Assembly: GCA_050252415.1 (NCBI GenBank)
Contig: JBFWKZ010000001.1
Location: forward strand, 1 to 57,179
Origin: Oscillospiraceae bacterium
Lineage (GTDB): Bacteria; Bacillota; Clostridia; Oscillospirales; Oscillospiraceae
Reading direction: 5' to 3'
Length of the DNA: 57,179 nucleotides
The notes under the pieces were generated by a model. The model saw nothing but the letters and a program-made list of their open reading frames with translations. It did not search any database and was not told the origin of the DNA. Shown one piece after another: positions 56,508-57,179 of the stretch. Every line of letters starts with the position of its first letter. The stretch's first letter is position 1. A program made the translations under genes and the position numbers.

Positions 56508-57179
56508 TTAATACTTGCAATTATCCTGGAATGCTTCCCACATGGCTAAGATGTTCTCAACCGGGACATCGGGCTGAAAGTTGTGGATAGGCGCAAATAC
56601 GAAGCCGCCGCCTGGTGCGAGCTGATCGATTCTGCGCTTCACCTCATCCTTGATCTCCTGAGGCGTGCTGTAGGGCAGCATCTTCTGGGAGTCGATCGTA
56701 CCGCCCCAGAACACGATATCCTTGCCGAAGTCCTTCTTGAGCCGAGTCACATCCATTCCTTTGGCGCTGATCTGGATTGGGTTGAGGATATCTACGCCGG
56801 CCTCAATAAGATCTGGAATAAGATCACTGACTGCGCCGCAGGAGTGCAGGAATACCTTGACTTTGTACTTATCCTTTAGATAATGGTACAGTTTGGACTG
56901 ATAAGGCATAATGAGCTCGCGATACATGCCCGGGGAAATAAACAGTCCGTTTTGTGTACCCAGATCATCTCCCTCATTGATAATGTCAATGCTGTCGCCG
57001 AATAGGCCGAACAGCGTATCGTAGTATTTCAGCTTTTCCTCAAGCAGCTTGTCCAGGAATGACTCGACTCTGTCCTGCTCAACGGCAAGCATCGTGAGCA
57101 AATTGTTAAAGCCATACATTCTGGGTCCGGTCTGAAGGAAACCGTTGGTATAGGCCTCGCCGCAAAAGACAGGATATCC
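56508..57179 (-). CDS. uroporphyrinogen decarboxylase (URO-D) family protein, 3' part (the gene continues beyond the window)
   Basis: 'VFLHSCGAVSDLIPDLIEAGVDILNPIQ...IVFWGGTID...GGGFVFAPIHNFQPDVP' is typical of URO-D/MtaA-like enzymes. The frame stays open upstream of the Met at 57119 to the window edge. Confidence 0.75.
   Translation of the reverse strand, partial: GYPVFCGEAYTNGFLQTGPRMYGFNNLLTMLAVEQDRVESFLDKLLEEKLKYYDTLFGLFGDSIDIINEGDDLGTQNGLFISPGMYRELIMPYQSKLYHYLKDKYKVKVFLHSCGAVSDLIPDLIEAGVDILNPIQISAKGMDVTRLKKDFGKDIVFWGGTIDSQKMLPYSTPQEIKDEVKRRIDQLAPGGGFVFAPIHNFQPDVPVENILAMWEAFQDNCKY

Overview
This is a Clostridia-type (Firmicutes) chromosomal segment of roughly 50 genes, mostly housekeeping. 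The main blocks, in order:

- A GGDEF/HD-GYP signalling protein and a CitA/DcuS-type two-component pair.
- A complete F1Fo ATP synthase operon (atpB-E-F-[H+A]-G-D-C) in which delta and alpha are one continuous 675-codon ORF.
- An accessory stretch (12.2-19.8 kb): an FTR-like CxC protein, a BTAD/SARP regulator with a degenerate GGDEF-like tail, a multiply disrupted sortase pseudogene, a secreted transglutaminase-core protein, and a compact non-canonical type-IV-filament-like cluster. That cluster has a GspF/PilC platform, four small N-terminally anchored pseudopilin-like proteins, a PilT-type ATPase as the only ATPase, and one unknown protein.
- ppdK, ricT-holB-nifU-nifS, rex, an SLH protein and mnmE.
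- pncB-niaR followed by an orphan EIIC-like permease behind a perfect 38-bp palindromic operator.
- A PrpR-like regulator with a degenerate AAA+ core, next to a TctCBA transporter and two class-II aldolase-type genes.
- A polysaccharide deacetylase, then a 684-bp divergent intergenic region carrying 2.3 tandem copies of a ~150-bp highly structured repeat.
- uvrB, hemW, a VanW protein ending in an 18-bp tandem-repeat array, and metG.
- A minus-strand block: 2-hydroxyacid dehydrogenase, AEC transporter, second RraA-like gene, LarA-like gene, a deletion/frameshift remnant of a second tctCBA locus, and a partial URO-D family gene.

I saw no rRNA, tRNA, CRISPR array, transposase or integrase. The best candidates for something new are the minimal PilT-only pseudopilus-like cluster, the structured tandem repeat upstream of uvrB, and the delta-alpha ATP synthase fusion. 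All calls rest on reading the ORF translations and DNA by eye; no database searches were run.
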